A stretch of 64,000 nt of DNA from Barthelona sp. PAP020 (Eukaryota): NCBI GenBank assembly GCA_040182905.1, contig JARQWU010000023.1:1-64000 (forward strand), read 5' to 3'. Position numbers and translations under genes: made by a program. The notes below the pieces were generated by a model. It was not told where the DNA came from and did not search any database. It saw only the letters and a program-made list of their open reading frames with translations. Positions 32,927 through 44,337 of this stretch are shown here, piece after piece. The first letter of the stretch is position 1, and each line of letters starts with the position of its first letter.

Positions 32927-33642
32927 TTTTTGTGTTTTGTTGCAATTTTTATCTTTATATAAATGGCGTTTCTTTTTTTTTTGTTTTGATCCTGTCTATT
33001 CTTTCAACTTTTTTACAAAGTTTAAAAACATCGGAATGACTTTAATATGAGGGGATAAGTAAGAATGTTGAATATAAATAGATTTTTCAAAATTTGCGTT
33101 AAAACTCATCCAACTCAGTGCAACATGATAAAACATTTTATTGAATTTTCTTTAATGTCCAAAAAAACTTGTTATTTCTATTTGTGCTAACGTGAGAAAC
33201 CAAATGAGCAATACCAATGCAGATAAGAAATTCAATTCACAAAAAGTGTAATTTTATGCTCATTTTTACCTTCTTGAACAAAAAAATTCTTTCATACAGA
33301 AAATTACAGTCAAAACTTGGAATTTTTTCCTTTTTAATCAATTTATAAACTTTCCACACATTTATAACACTAATGAGCAATTAGTTCCCCACATTTTCAA
33401 TGATTTTCTGATGTGTGCACTTTTTTTTTTTTGGGTAGTTGAATATTTTTTTCTTCGTTTTTTTCTTTCGAAGATAATTATTATATCTTTATGATGTGAT
33501 CGAAATTTAAACTGACAAAAATTATGGAAAACCTCGCATTCCTGAATATTTTGTCAGTTTTTAACAGCATGGCAGTTCAAATATAGGATTCTCAAAAACA
33601 GTTAAAACACGATATTATTAAATAGCTATATTTATTTTGAGT

Positions 33643-34929
33643 ATGTTCGGTATTGAAACAAAATCAACAAATAATGAGTTTCTCTCAAACGAAGTGAACG
33701 GATTACCTCAATTTTCTTTTTCACAATTTGATCCACCTGTTGTTAATGGAAATAAGAACAATTCTGAATCTCATTTTACTTTTACAAATCAGCAATTTGG
33801 TTGTCTTCTAAACCAGCCTTCACAACTTCAAACGTCATCTCAGTTACAAACATCATCCCAGCCACAAGCATCATCCCATCCAATAATAACATGGGAACAA
33901 TCCTATCCTTCCTTTTCAGAAAATATTTTATCAGCCCACAATTTTCCATCATCTTTTAGTCGAAGTTTAATCAGACCTTCCACTGGTATTGGGGTTAATT
34001 CACCAAATCTATGGGCATCTGGAACGTGTAGTATTTCATATCCAACTAATAATTTTATTTTTTTGGGAAATTGGGAGCGATCTAAAGTTTGGACCATTCC
34101 TTCACATTCACCTGTGTTTTCTGTTGATTGGTTGTCCACAGAATATCTTGTTTTTGGCGGAGGCAGTGATTTGAAAATAATGGAAATTGGAGATAAACCA
34201 GAAAACTGTACAGTTACATCGTTACCTCAAATTCATTATAGTGATATTAGAGAAGTTAAAGTGCATCCCAAGAACCGTTCTTGGATATTGAGTGGAGGTT
34301 ATGATTGCAGGATTTGTTTAACCGATTATAACAAAGTGTGCAATGATGTAAATTCCAGAAATCAATCAAGTGTTCAAAATTGGTGTATGGATCAAGTTAT
34401 TGGTTCTGTTCGTTGGTGTCCGTTGGTTGGTTTAGAAAATATGTTTTCAGCAACGACTGATAATGGACAATATTTACTAGTTGATGTTAGAAATGGGGAT
34501 TTTGGATCATTGAATAGTCAAGGTACCACCGATCTTCTACCTTTAGTGCATTACCAATCTACTAGGGAAAATCTTTACAGCCACTGCTTTTTAACTAATG
34601 AATTGGTTTTGTTGGGGTTTGGTGATGGTTCTTATGAAATTATCGACATTAGAAATCGTAAATTGTTGATGAGTTTCAAAGATGATTTTTTGACTTGTAT
34701 TGGTGATTTACAATGTAATGATGGTTTAATTGCTGCTTTTGGATATCCTGGAGTTTCTTTATGGAGATTTGTGAATAATAATTTGAATCCTTTGGCTTAC
34801 ATTCAAGCTGTGTCTCAGAACAGGCAATTCATTACAATTGAAGGAGTTTTATCGGGTGTGGATGAAATACTTTTGGTAAATGAGTTGGGTGGAATCAAAA
34901 AATACTCTGTTAATGACTTAATGATGTGA
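33643..34929 (+). CDS. WD40-repeat protein
   Basis: HSPVFSVDW, HYSDIREVKVHP..ILSGGYD. Confidence 0.8.
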   Translation: MFGIETKSTNNEFLSNEVNGLPQFSFSQFDPPVVNGNKNNSESHFTFTNQQFGCLLNQPSQLQTSSQLQTSSQPQASSHPIITWEQSYPSFSENILSAHNFPSSFSRSLIRPSTGIGVNSPNLWASGTCSISYPTNNFIFLGNWERSKVWTIPSHSPVFSVDWLSTEYLVFGGGSDLKIMEIGDKPENCTVTSLPQIHYSDIREVKVHPKNRSWILSGGYDCRICLTDYNKVCNDVNSRNQSSVQNWCMDQVIGSVRWCPLVGLENMFSATTDNGQYLLVDVRNGDFGSLNSQGTTDLLPLVHYQSTRENLYSHCFLTNELVLLGFGDGSYEIIDIRNRKLLMSFKDDFLTCIGDLQCNDGLIAAFGYPGVSLWRFVNNNLNPLAYIQAVSQNRQFITIEGVLSGVDEILLVNELGGIKKYSVNDLMM

Positions 34930-35280
34930 AAGAGATTGAAGATTTTTTATAAATAATAAATATATTTTTGTTCATTTTACTTTTGTTCATATTTATTTTC
35001 ATTGTGGTTTATGTTTGTTGTCAAATTGTTGATAAAAAAATTCAAATTATTGAAAAAAAAAGTGAAAATTTCCCACAAATTGGGAATTTTTTTATTTCCC
35101 TCACATGTGTCATTGCATATAAAAATACTTTCAAATTTTGAGAGTAACAATAATTGACTTTTTTGGAGGGAGAATAAAACTACAAAAAATTTTTTATTAT
35201 CTTAAAGAATCCTGAATATTTTGGAATTTGTGATAGCATCCAATAAAATTTATTAACCTGTTTACTTGTTTTCTTTTAAA

Positions 35281-35574
35281 ATGGAACTGTTGAACAGTGA
35301 AAAAAGAATAGTTGAGAGCTTTTCCCTAACTCAACTAATAAGAAATAATCTGGCACCCACTAGTCAGCAAATGGGATTTATTGAGCGTGAAGGTATATCG
35401 TTTCAACCAAAAGCCTTGTGGTCAAGTGAAATGAATTGTATGTTTCGAATGCTAAGGTCTGCAAAAAAAAATGAACAAATTAATCAACAAATGCAGAATA
35501 TTGACGATTTTAATTCATGTGTTGTTGAGGATGATATAGAAATAAGTTTTGATGATCTGTTTGAAATGAAATAA
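35281..35574 (+). CDS. Small hypothetical protein
   Basis: 97-aa ORF with coding-like composition, preceded by a promoter-like intergenic region. Confidence 0.5.
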   Translation: MELLNSEKRIVESFSLTQLIRNNLAPTSQQMGFIEREGISFQPKALWSSEMNCMFRMLRSAKKNEQINQQMQNIDDFNSCVVEDDIEISFDDLFEMK

Positions 35575-35715
35575 CTTTTTCTCAAGCGTTTCTTTGCTAT
35601 TTTGATTTGATAAAGTTTAACCTCAAAATCCAACGCAACTTTATCAAAACTTTTTCTTTAAATACCTTTCTGTGAATAATTCTTAGTCTTACAAATAAAA
35701 ATAATTTTGTCTTTT

Positions 35716-36429
35716 TTATGATTTTGTTACTCTATCAAGGCAACTGATAATATTTCTGAAAATTCCAGGTGTATTTTGTGATTCTTCCATCAGTTGAATT
35801 TTTAATTTTGGATCAATGTTGCAGTCAACAATCTTTATCTCATCAAATTCAGCAAGTTGAGGATGACATGACACATAAATGTCTAATTCTTCTTCGCTCC
35901 ACACATTTAACGGATAAAATATTTTGATTGATTCATTGGAAATATCAAAAAGTGGATTGTTTGAGCAAAAAAATGAATTCAAAATCTTTGTTGCACATTG
36001 TTCCATAGATTCAGACGAAATAATTACATCAAACATATCTTGACTGTTTGCCCATTCCTCAAAAGATAATGAAGGAAAATTAAACATTTCAAATCTTGGG
36101 TCCAATTCAAGAAGTCTTGTAACAAAATTATTTTGCGATAAATCTTCATCTTCAACACAATATTTAGGATTAAAACAGATGGATACTTTTTCGCTTTCAT
36201 TTATTGATTGAGAATGTTGATTTGAATAAAGACTAAGGACTAATGATGCTGTTGAAATTGAATGATCAACCATAAATAAGATCCTTGCTTTATTTTTGAG
36301 TAATTGATTCAATTTTGTTCGAATTTTCGATCCAATGCGCTTGTTTATGTGTTTTGAGCAAAGAACATTCCCTCTAAATCTATAACAAGCATCATTTTCG
36401 CATCTATTTTGGGAACATACACCTAACAT
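35716..36429 (-). CDS. CTU2/Ncs2-like tRNA thiolation factor (short, divergent)
   Basis: N-terminal Cys cluster, degenerate PP-loop region, YPLxxxSEEELDIY, PGIFRNIISCLDRV. Confidence 0.45.
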   Translation of the reverse strand: MLGVCSQNRCENDACYRFRGNVLCSKHINKRIGSKIRTKLNQLLKNKARILFMVDHSISTASLVLSLYSNQHSQSINESEKVSICFNPKYCVEDEDLSQNNFVTRLLELDPRFEMFNFPSLSFEEWANSQDMFDVIISSESMEQCATKILNSFFCSNNPLFDISNESIKIFYPLNVWSEEELDIYVSCHPQLAEFDEIKIVDCNIDPKLKIQLMEESQNTPGIFRNIISCLDRVTKS

Positions 36430-36592
36430 CAATAAAATAAAATTGTTTCAAATGAAAAACCATTGATTGATATATTTTTTAAAGAATAGACACAAATTTT
36501 TAGTATTACATTTAAATTGATCATTTTACAATGATATTTGGGAACTGGGAAAAAGAAATATTTTCATTTTCTCTTTTATTTTCCAAAGAATT

Positions 36593-37183
36593 ATGGATTC
36601 AGCCGTTATTGTTATTGTCACAATTGGTGATTCAGCAGTAGGAAAGACATCTATTCTAAGAAATTTCATCTCATCAACCTTTACTGCGCATCATGTTCCC
36701 ACTGTTGGTGTTGATTTTAAATATCATGATTTTAATTTAAATGGACAAGATGTGAAACTACAAATTTGGGATACAGCCGGTCAGAAGAAATATCAAACAA
36801 TTACTACTGCTTTTTATCACGGTGCTCATGGTATCGTCGTTGCTTATGATGTTACACGGGCCAGCACCTTTGAAAACGTCCAAAATTGGTTAGATGCTGT
36901 TGAAAAACATGCTTCTGAAAATGTCGAATTATTGTTGATTGGAAACAAAACAGATCTTGATAAAGAAAGACAAGTCACCACAGAAGAAGGTTTAGAATTT
37001 GCCACCGAACGTGGAATATCTTTTATTGAAACTTCTGCACAATCTGGTGAAAATGTTTTGAAAGCTTTTGAATTATTAGGTAGTAAGATTGTCGAAAATA
37101 GGAAAATTAATCCCCCTGATGAAGGTCCTGAACCAATACCTGTTCCTGAACCTGTTGCAGATGATACCCCTTGTACTTGTTAA
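36593..37183 (+). CDS. Rab GTPase (Rab1/Rab8-like)
   Basis: GDSAVGKT, PTVGVDF, WDTAGQ, GNKTD, ETSA, C-terminal CTC prenylation motif. Confidence 0.92.
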   Translation: MDSAVIVIVTIGDSAVGKTSILRNFISSTFTAHHVPTVGVDFKYHDFNLNGQDVKLQIWDTAGQKKYQTITTAFYHGAHGIVVAYDVTRASTFENVQNWLDAVEKHASENVELLLIGNKTDLDKERQVTTEEGLEFATERGISFIETSAQSGENVLKAFELLGSKIVENRKINPPDEGPEPIPVPEPVADDTPCTC

Positions 37184-37311
37184 TTTGTTCAAAGTAAAAA
37201 ATTGTGAATTTATGCTTCCCATTTTTTTTTTTTGGTTGATGTGTGATATGAATAAAGTATTGTGAAGTAAAGAAAAATTGAAAGAAATTTTATTTTTATT
37301 TGTTGAATCAG

Positions 37312-39192
37312 ATGGTATTGAAAGATTTGTTTGACGAAAATGAAAATGAAGACTCGGTTGATCTCACAGTGAATGAGAAGTTCGCACGAAAATTGGAAAA
37401 ACAGAAAATTCAACAAGAAAAACAGCGATTATTGGACAAATATGGGAAAAACGTTTTGAAAGAAGAAGATGACGACAGCTCTGATTCTGATTTGGAAGAT
37501 TCTGATGCAGAATTAATGACCCCTTATATTGCAGGTCAAATTGTTGAGACATTAAAAGCTCTCAAATCCAAGGATCCGAAGATTTATGATGAAAAGTTTA
37601 ATTTTTTTGATGAATCTAACATGGAACAAGAAGAAGACACCTTGGTTGATAAATCTTTTGAAAATTTCAAAGGCGAAAAACCCATGAATCTCACTCAATA
37701 TGAAGCACAAATTGCCATAAATGAAGCAAACAACGGATATAATAGTGATGATGAAACTGAAAATGCTGACAAGAGAGAAGAGGAAAAGAAGGAATTGACT
37801 TATGTTGAAACTCAACAAAAAGTCAAAAATGATCTGTTGAAAATGATTGAAAATGAATATGGAGACGAGGACACAGATGATTTTGTTGTTAACAATGCCA
37901 AAAAAGACAAGAAAAAACGTGCTTTGTTTACAGATGATCACAAGAAAATACTTGAGCAATTTATTGACACTTCAAAAACACGTAGCGAAGAATTGGACAA
38001 ACATCATGGATTTAAATCTATTGATGGAGAACATGCTGAATATTTGAAGGACTTTTTAATCAATGAGCGTTGGGTTGACAATGTAAGCAGCGAAAGCGAT
38101 TTATCTGCTGAAGAAGAAGAAAATGATGCCACCGAAGAATATGAGGCAAAAATTGCACATTCAAATCAAATTGGAATAGCTATGTATTCGAGAGATGACG
38201 GTGATGGTTTCAGAAAGAATGAAAGTAGTCGTAAACAGAAGAGAAAAGAAAAAGAGGATAAATTGAAAAGAATGAAAAAACAGAGAAAAGACGAGTTGAA
38301 CCATCTTAAGAAGTTGAAAAAATTAGAGCTTCTTGAAAAGTTGGCTGAATTGGATGATGTTACTCAAGGAGCTGCTGTTGAATTATTGGAAGCTTCAAAT
38401 AAATTAAAAATACCCAGCAAGCCAAAAGATATTGATGATTACACTGAATATGATGCAAAAATAGATGATTTCTTGGAAGGTGAATTTGACGAAGAAGAAC
38501 ATGAAAGAATGATGAACCAATTTTACAATGAGGAATGGTATGACAAAAGTGATGAGGATGATGAAAAGCCAGTATTTAGTGATTTAGAACAAGAAATAGA
38601 GGAGAGAAATGATGGCTTGAACAAGTTTGTTAGAAGTTCTGAAACTTTGAATGAGAATTCAAACATTCATCAAATTCGTCAGTTGATCGAAGAAGAAGAT
38701 ATCGAAGATTTGGATACTGAAATAAAGGATGAAGATTCAGCTGAATTAAAGGATAAAAAGAAAAAATATCAGGAAATAAGACAACACAAAAGAGAATTGT
38801 TTCAAGAATTTTTGAAAGAATATTATCAAATAGGCTATGAAGATATGATTGGAAATCAACCCGTCAGATTCAATTACATTGAAGTTGATAAAAATGATTT
38901 CGGAATGAATGTTGAAGATATTCTTGAAATGGATGACAATGAACTCAACCAAATTGTTGGTTTGAAAAAGTTGGCCCCTCACAGAGAGGACCTCGATGAA
39001 CTGAACAAGTATTATCAAAAACCAAAAATTAGACAAAAAAATCGTAGCAAAATTGATCGAATCAGAAAGATGAGAAGCGATGATCTCAATTCAAAGAAGA
39101 GAGACAACAGTTTCAGAGTTGACAAATCTGCAAAATTAGACAAGTCAAGAATCGCTGCTTATACCAGTGGCCGGAGAAATAATAGACGTTGA
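37312..39192 (+). CDS. KRI1: KRI1 ribosome biogenesis protein
   Basis: LTVNEKFA, KDPKIYD, YLKDFLINERW, YEDMIG..RFNYIEV..DFG..EDIL..ELNQIVGLKKLAP. Confidence 0.9.
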   Translation: MVLKDLFDENENEDSVDLTVNEKFARKLEKQKIQQEKQRLLDKYGKNVLKEEDDDSSDSDLEDSDAELMTPYIAGQIVETLKALKSKDPKIYDEKFNFFDESNMEQEEDTLVDKSFENFKGEKPMNLTQYEAQIAINEANNGYNSDDETENADKREEEKKELTYVETQQKVKNDLLKMIENEYGDEDTDDFVVNNAKKDKKKRALFTDDHKKILEQFIDTSKTRSEELDKHHGFKSIDGEHAEYLKDFLINERWVDNVSSESDLSAEEEENDATEEYEAKIAHSNQIGIAMYSRDDGDGFRKNESSRKQKRKEKEDKLKRMKKQRKDELNHLKKLKKLELLEKLAELDDVTQGAAVELLEASNKLKIPSKPKDIDDYTEYDAKIDDFLEGEFDEEEHERMMNQFYNEEWYDKSDEDDEKPVFSDLEQEIEERNDGLNKFVRSSETLNENSNIHQIRQLIEEEDIEDLDTEIKDEDSAELKDKKKKYQEIRQHKRELFQEFLKEYYQIGYEDMIGNQPVRFNYIEVDKNDFGMNVEDILEMDDNELNQIVGLKKLAPHREDLDELNKYYQKPKIRQKNRSKIDRIRKMRSDDLNSKKRDNSFRVDKSAKLDKSRIAAYTSGRRNNRR

Positions 39193-39508
39193 GACAGTTT
39201 ATTACAGAATTAAATTTAGTAAAAAGTCTTTATATTTGGTTTTCATTTTTTTTTAGATTTTCAGCAGTATTCAATTCTTTTTGTTTTTAGGCCTAAAAAT
39301 ATTCATTCATCTTTTTTAACCGAAAATACTTCTACTAAAGTGGTCTTTTACCCAAAATTAATGAAAGATAATCTGCCAAACAAAGAAACGTGAAACATTT
39401 CCCCAAAATAAATCAAAAATGAAAAGAAAATTGATGCAAACAACAAAATAACAATCTAAAAATTAAAAATTATCAAAAAAATAAACAATCGAAATGAAAC
39501 AAATTTAT

Positions 39509-40429
39509 TTACAAATTATCTTCACGATAATAATGAGCTAATAATTTTTGCAACATTATCTCCACAGAATTGGAAGAGTTTCTGAGTTGAGAATCAATGT
39601 GATAAAAAAATTTATTGATTTTTTCATCAAACTTGTGAGGACTGAATTTTTTTTGGGGGTTTTTCTTTAAAACAAACCAATTCTTTAAACAAGGGTTAAT
39701 TGCACTATTTTCTCCACCAATATAAATCTTTGCTGGATGAATTGAAAATCTTTCAATTCGTTGAATCAGTGATGACAACAGTTCATTTTTTTTTCCAATA
39801 ATACAATCATTATCAATGTTGCAATGAACATATTTAGAATTTGATATTCGAGGAATGTTGCCATGAACACCAACACAACAATAGGATACATGATTTTTAA
39901 AATATTTGGAATTGAAAATGTCATCATCATCAGTGTTAACTAAAACAATAGTTTCAATTTGTTTGAATCCAAAGGCTTTTGTTAATTTCAATACAGTTTC
40001 ACGTTGTTGAACGTGTTCATACATAAAAAATAACAAACAAGTTGAATCAATAGCATTACGAATGTTATGAACACAGCTTAAATCAAATTTACCATCAACC
40101 CACGGCAAATCCAATAGAATTGTTGAAAATTTCCTTTCATGTGAAAAATTTAAAAAAGGGCTTTGATTAGATTCAAAAATTATATGACAATTGGTTTGAT
40201 CAACAGAATGTCTCTTTATTTCAATAATTCTTTTCAAAGTTTCGTTAAAAACAATCGAATTTGAAGGATAAATTTCATCAACAGGTATTATGGGAGATCT
40301 CTTTTCCCGAAATAATGATGTTTCCCCCGCTTCCAATTTCAATTCATTGTTGTCAGTAAAAATTCTCACATTTTCTTGTTTTAATGCATTTGAAAGTAAT
40401 TTTTTAATGTTAGCATTGATATTCGCCAT
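39509..40429 (-). CDS. METTL14: MT-A70 family, METTL14/KAR4-like subunit
   Basis: KFSTILLDLPW, FGFKQIETIV, CCVGVHG, YVHCNIDNDCII, IERF. Confidence 0.7.
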   Translation of the reverse strand: MANINANIKKLLSNALKQENVRIFTDNNELKLEAGETSLFREKRSPIIPVDEIYPSNSIVFNETLKRIIEIKRHSVDQTNCHIIFESNQSPFLNFSHERKFSTILLDLPWVDGKFDLSCVHNIRNAIDSTCLLFFMYEHVQQRETVLKLTKAFGFKQIETIVLVNTDDDDIFNSKYFKNHVSYCCVGVHGNIPRISNSKYVHCNIDNDCIIGKKNELLSSLIQRIERFSIHPAKIYIGGENSAINPCLKNWFVLKKNPQKKFSPHKFDEKINKFFYHIDSQLRNSSNSVEIMLQKLLAHYYREDNL

Positions 40430-40484
40430 AAAAAATTCTTTGAGTTTTCATTTGTTTCTTTTTTTTTTTAATATTTCAATTGAA

Positions 40485-41973
40485 ATGTCATTTACGAGCG
40501 ACGATGTTAATCAATTGGTATTTAATTATATGTTAGAATCTGGAATGGAACATACAGCCTTTACTTTCTTTCATGAATCTTTATTGAAAGAAAGTGATTT
40601 AATGGATAGTAGTGTCATGCCAGGACAGCTTATTACATATTTGCAAAAAGGATTATTATACAGTGATCTTGAAGAGCATTTACAAGAGGTATATTCATTC
40701 ACAAAATTTACAATCTAATTTTTAGGACGGTTCTTTAAAAGAATGTTCTTCTGTTTTTAGTTTAGTACATCCACATGTTTGTCAGTCACAACCAAGCAAA
40801 ATACCTCTGCTTTTGGATGGGCATTTGAGAAAGTTAGATAAGAGAAAACCTGTTTTATACACGTCTTTTTCGTCAAATTTTCCTTATTTGGCCTGTTTTT
40901 CCAAATATTGTGTGATTATTCATCATTTAAATCTTATTAATGGAGGATTTCCGGGTGGAACTGAACCTAGAATTAGTATTGATGAAAAAGCTGTTGATGT
41001 TACTGAAATAATTTCAAAATTTGAGGATAAAGAAGTTGTTAATAATACAAAAGTGTCTTCAATGTGCTGGCATCCTTCTAAAGTAAATTTAACAGTTGGT
41101 ACTGAAAGTGGCCATGTCATTTCATTATATGTTGATAATTCTAGCATTCCAAAGATCTCTAATTTCAATTCTTCAAGAATACTTCGTTTGCGTTGGCATG
41201 AAAGTGGCGATTATTTGATTTGTTTAACAAAGGATGGCAAAGTGACTGTATTAACCCATGACTTAACATTACAACAAACATGGCAACCTTTTCAATTTCC
41301 AGCTACTCAGTGTCGTTGGAATCCAGTAAACAAATTACAATTCTCTGTATCTTCAAAAGATTCTGAAGATTTGTTAATCTTCACATTGGGTGAAGAAGAA
41401 CCTCAAAGAATCAATTGTCCTTGGAATGTTGATCAATTTTCTTATTCTTTAACGGCTGAATATTTAGCTATTTCTGGAAATGGTATTGTACAAATATATT
41501 CTTTCAAAGAACAAAGAGTTATTAGAGAAACAATGTTAGGAACAACTCCCCTCGACTTAATATGGTATTTGGGTTCTGATAAACTTGAATATGTGTTGAC
41601 AGGACCCCACGAAAATTTTGCCATATTAAAGATACCAGCAACTCCTTCATCACCTAATGATGAACCTGAACCACTGATCACCACTTCAGCTTCTGGTGAA
41701 ATGACTGCCATCGCTATTTCTCCTGGCCATAAATATTTGGCTTTTGGTTATAGGTCAAGGTGGTTATTCTTTTTCAATTTGCGTGCAGGCAAAATTGTGA
41801 TGAGAACATATTTGAACTCTGCTATAAATCACATTCATTGGAAGGATGATGAAATCTTTTCAGTTTGCTCCAATCAAAAGAATCAGCATTCTTATGTTTG
41901 GTTGGGTCACATGAGTGAATTGTTTCCTCTCGCTACAAATAGTTCTGACAGTTTTGAAAATGCTTTACAATAA
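40485..41973 (+). CDS. TBL1: TBL1/Sif2-like LisH-WD40 protein (exons 40485-40688 and 40726-41973)
   Basis: MSFTSDDVNQLVFNYMLESG..AFTF LisH; splicing gives in-frame LQE|DGSLKEC and joins the 40813..41973 WD40 ORF. Confidence 0.85.
40689..40725 (+). other. 37-nt phase-0 spliceosomal intron
   Basis: GTATAT...CTAAT (branch point, 40715)...TTTTAG; its removal restores the frame. Confidence 0.9.
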
Positions 41974-42230
41974 TGTCTTCATAAAATATCCTTTTTTTAT
42001 TGTGGTTATATTTTTCAGTTATTGTTAATAATGGAAAATGAATGATGAACAACCCTCTTAAAAATTCTTTGTATCATTCACATTTTGTTGAAACTTATTT
42101 CTGCTTTGTTTTTTTATTGTTGGGAAACAAAAAAATATAAAGTGGAATGTTTATAATTGAGCCTTAGAAAAGAAATCCAATGAATTGTTAACAAATCATT
42201 ACATTTCTTTTTTTTTTTTTTGATTGTTTT

Positions 42231-44126
42231 ATGATGAACAATACATTTTCAATACCTTCAAACCATATTAAAGGAGAAGTTCCAACAGAAACTGATGCAT
42301 CTTGGTTGATCAACGAGAGGTCAACTCCTTACATAAGTCTTAAGGTTTCTGCTCAATATAAACCTAATTTCAACTGTTTAGGGGCAAGAAGTTTAATCAA
42401 TCCTAACACTGATGAATATGGAGAATACAAATGGAGGACTTATCATGAAACCTTTCTTGACATCAATCGAATTTCGCATTCTATTGAAAAAATAGGTCTT
42501 CAAAAAGGTGATCGTGTTGGTGTACTCTCAAACAATTGCCCTCAATGGTTTTTGTTGGATTATGCTTTAGGTAGGCTTGGTTTGATTGTTGTTCCAATTT
42601 ACACCAATATTAATTATGATTCTATCAAATACATTATTGAAAATTCTGGTTTAAATACCCTCTTTGTTTATTCAAAAAAAATTGTTGAAGTCAGTAGATT
42701 GTGTGAAGAAATTGATAATCTTCAACATGTTTTCTTAATGGATAATGAAGAACCTTATGATGAAATTCCAAATTGTTTTGATGGTACTGTATCAGAATTA
42801 TTGAATTCATGTGAGTTGAACGAAAATGATCTGATGAATTTGGAAGTTTATTCAGAACCTAATGATATTTTTTCTTTGATATATACTTCAGGAACATCAG
42901 GGGAACCTAAAGGATGCATGTTAACACATAAAAATGTCATGACTGGAACTCTTATGTGGGTTAGACATGCTCCCAGGTATTCTGGATTGCCTGAAGAACT
43001 GGAAAGAGATATCTATTATTCTTTTTTGCCTATTGCACACATATATGAAAGAAATATCTTGTTGATGATGGTTCTTCATTGTAATGCTATTGGTTTTAAT
43101 TCTGGTTCCATCAATAGATTGTTAACTGATATGCAAGTGCTGAAGCCAACATGGATTATTGCTGTGCCAAGAGTTTTAGAGCGTTTCAAATTTGGAGTTG
43201 AATCAAATGTGGCAGAATCTAATTTTATTAAAAGGGCTTTATATCGTATGGCTGTAAATTCAAAGAATTATGCCATTTTGAACAATGGATCCACTCCAAT
43301 TTGGGACAAATTGGTTTTTAGTTCTGTTCGTCAGGCGTTTGGTGGGCGATTAAGAATATGTTTCTCAGGAAGTGCTTCTTTGAGTTATGATACTTATTTG
43401 TTTTGTAGAGGTGTTTTAGGATTAAATTTATGTGAAGGTTATGGTTCAAGTGAAACTGCTGCATCTATTTCTGTTCAACCACTTTATTCCAATGAAATGA
43501 TGAATGTTGGTCACTTCTTGGATGGCTTTGAATATAAATTATTGGAAGTTGAAGAATTTGGGTTTTCTCCCAATGATAAACCCAATCCCAGAGGTGAACT
43601 TTTAATTAGAGGACCACAGGTGTTTAAAGGATATTGGAATGATCAAAACGCTACTGATAATGCTTTAAAAGATGGATGGTTACATACTTCTGATATCGTA
43701 GAAATATTACCTAATAAGATGGTTAAAATTATTGATCGTGTTAGTGGTGTCATTAAAATGCCACAAGGAGAGTTCGTTCACCCTGAAGCTTTGGAGGGTA
43801 TTTATAAAGAAGCCGAAATTATTGATGATATCTGGATTATAACTGGATCGTCAAAATTACTAGCTTTTGTGTGGTTGAATACTCAACAAAATGTGAGAGA
43901 AGAAGATGTACTTCTTCAATTGAATGAAGTTTGGAGACAAAAGGAATTGAAGAGTTATGAAAGAATTTTTCATGTTGGCATCATGAAAAAACAACTTTCT
44001 GCTGATAATGGTGAATTAACAGCAACTTTTAAGAAACGAAGAAGAGTTTTGGAATCTCTTTATCACTTGGAAATAACTGAATTACGAAAAAACCTTGCTG
44101 CTAAATCATTGTCTGTAAAAAATTAA
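42231..44126 (+). CDS. ACSL: Long-chain acyl-CoA synthetase
   Basis: YTSGTSGEPKG, SFLPIAHIYER, EGYGSSET, RGELLIRGPQVFKGY, GWLHTSD. Confidence 0.93.
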   Translation: MMNNTFSIPSNHIKGEVPTETDASWLINERSTPYISLKVSAQYKPNFNCLGARSLINPNTDEYGEYKWRTYHETFLDINRISHSIEKIGLQKGDRVGVLSNNCPQWFLLDYALGRLGLIVVPIYTNINYDSIKYIIENSGLNTLFVYSKKIVEVSRLCEEIDNLQHVFLMDNEEPYDEIPNCFDGTVSELLNSCELNENDLMNLEVYSEPNDIFSLIYTSGTSGEPKGCMLTHKNVMTGTLMWVRHAPRYSGLPEELERDIYYSFLPIAHIYERNILLMMVLHCNAIGFNSGSINRLLTDMQVLKPTWIIAVPRVLERFKFGVESNVAESNFIKRALYRMAVNSKNYAILNNGSTPIWDKLVFSSVRQAFGGRLRICFSGSASLSYDTYLFCRGVLGLNLCEGYGSSETAASISVQPLYSNEMMNVGHFLDGFEYKLLEVEEFGFSPNDKPNPRGELLIRGPQVFKGYWNDQNATDNALKDGWLHTSDIVEILPNKMVKIIDRVSGVIKMPQGEFVHPEALEGIYKEAEIIDDIWIITGSSKLLAFVWLNTQQNVREEDVLLQLNEVWRQKELKSYERIFHVGIMKKQLSADNGELTATFKKRRRVLESLYHLEITELRKNLAAKSLSVKN

Positions 44127-44337
44127 TTTGTTTGTTGTTGTTTTATTTGGATTGAAATGAAATTTTTGTAAAAAATAATGACAGCAACTTTTTACAGTGA
44201 ATAACTATTTCAATTTTATTGATAATTGTTATAAATAAGATTAAATTTCTGTTTTACATCAGTATTCAGTGGAAAATTGAAAAAAAAAATAAGTGAAATC
44301 TCAATTTTCAGTGAACTCAAAAACATTTATTTTAATA

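Noticed and set aside
36770..36795. Rab switch II WDTAGQKKY instead of WDTAGQERF
   Set aside because: The catalytic Gln is retained; such drift is common in divergent protist Rabs
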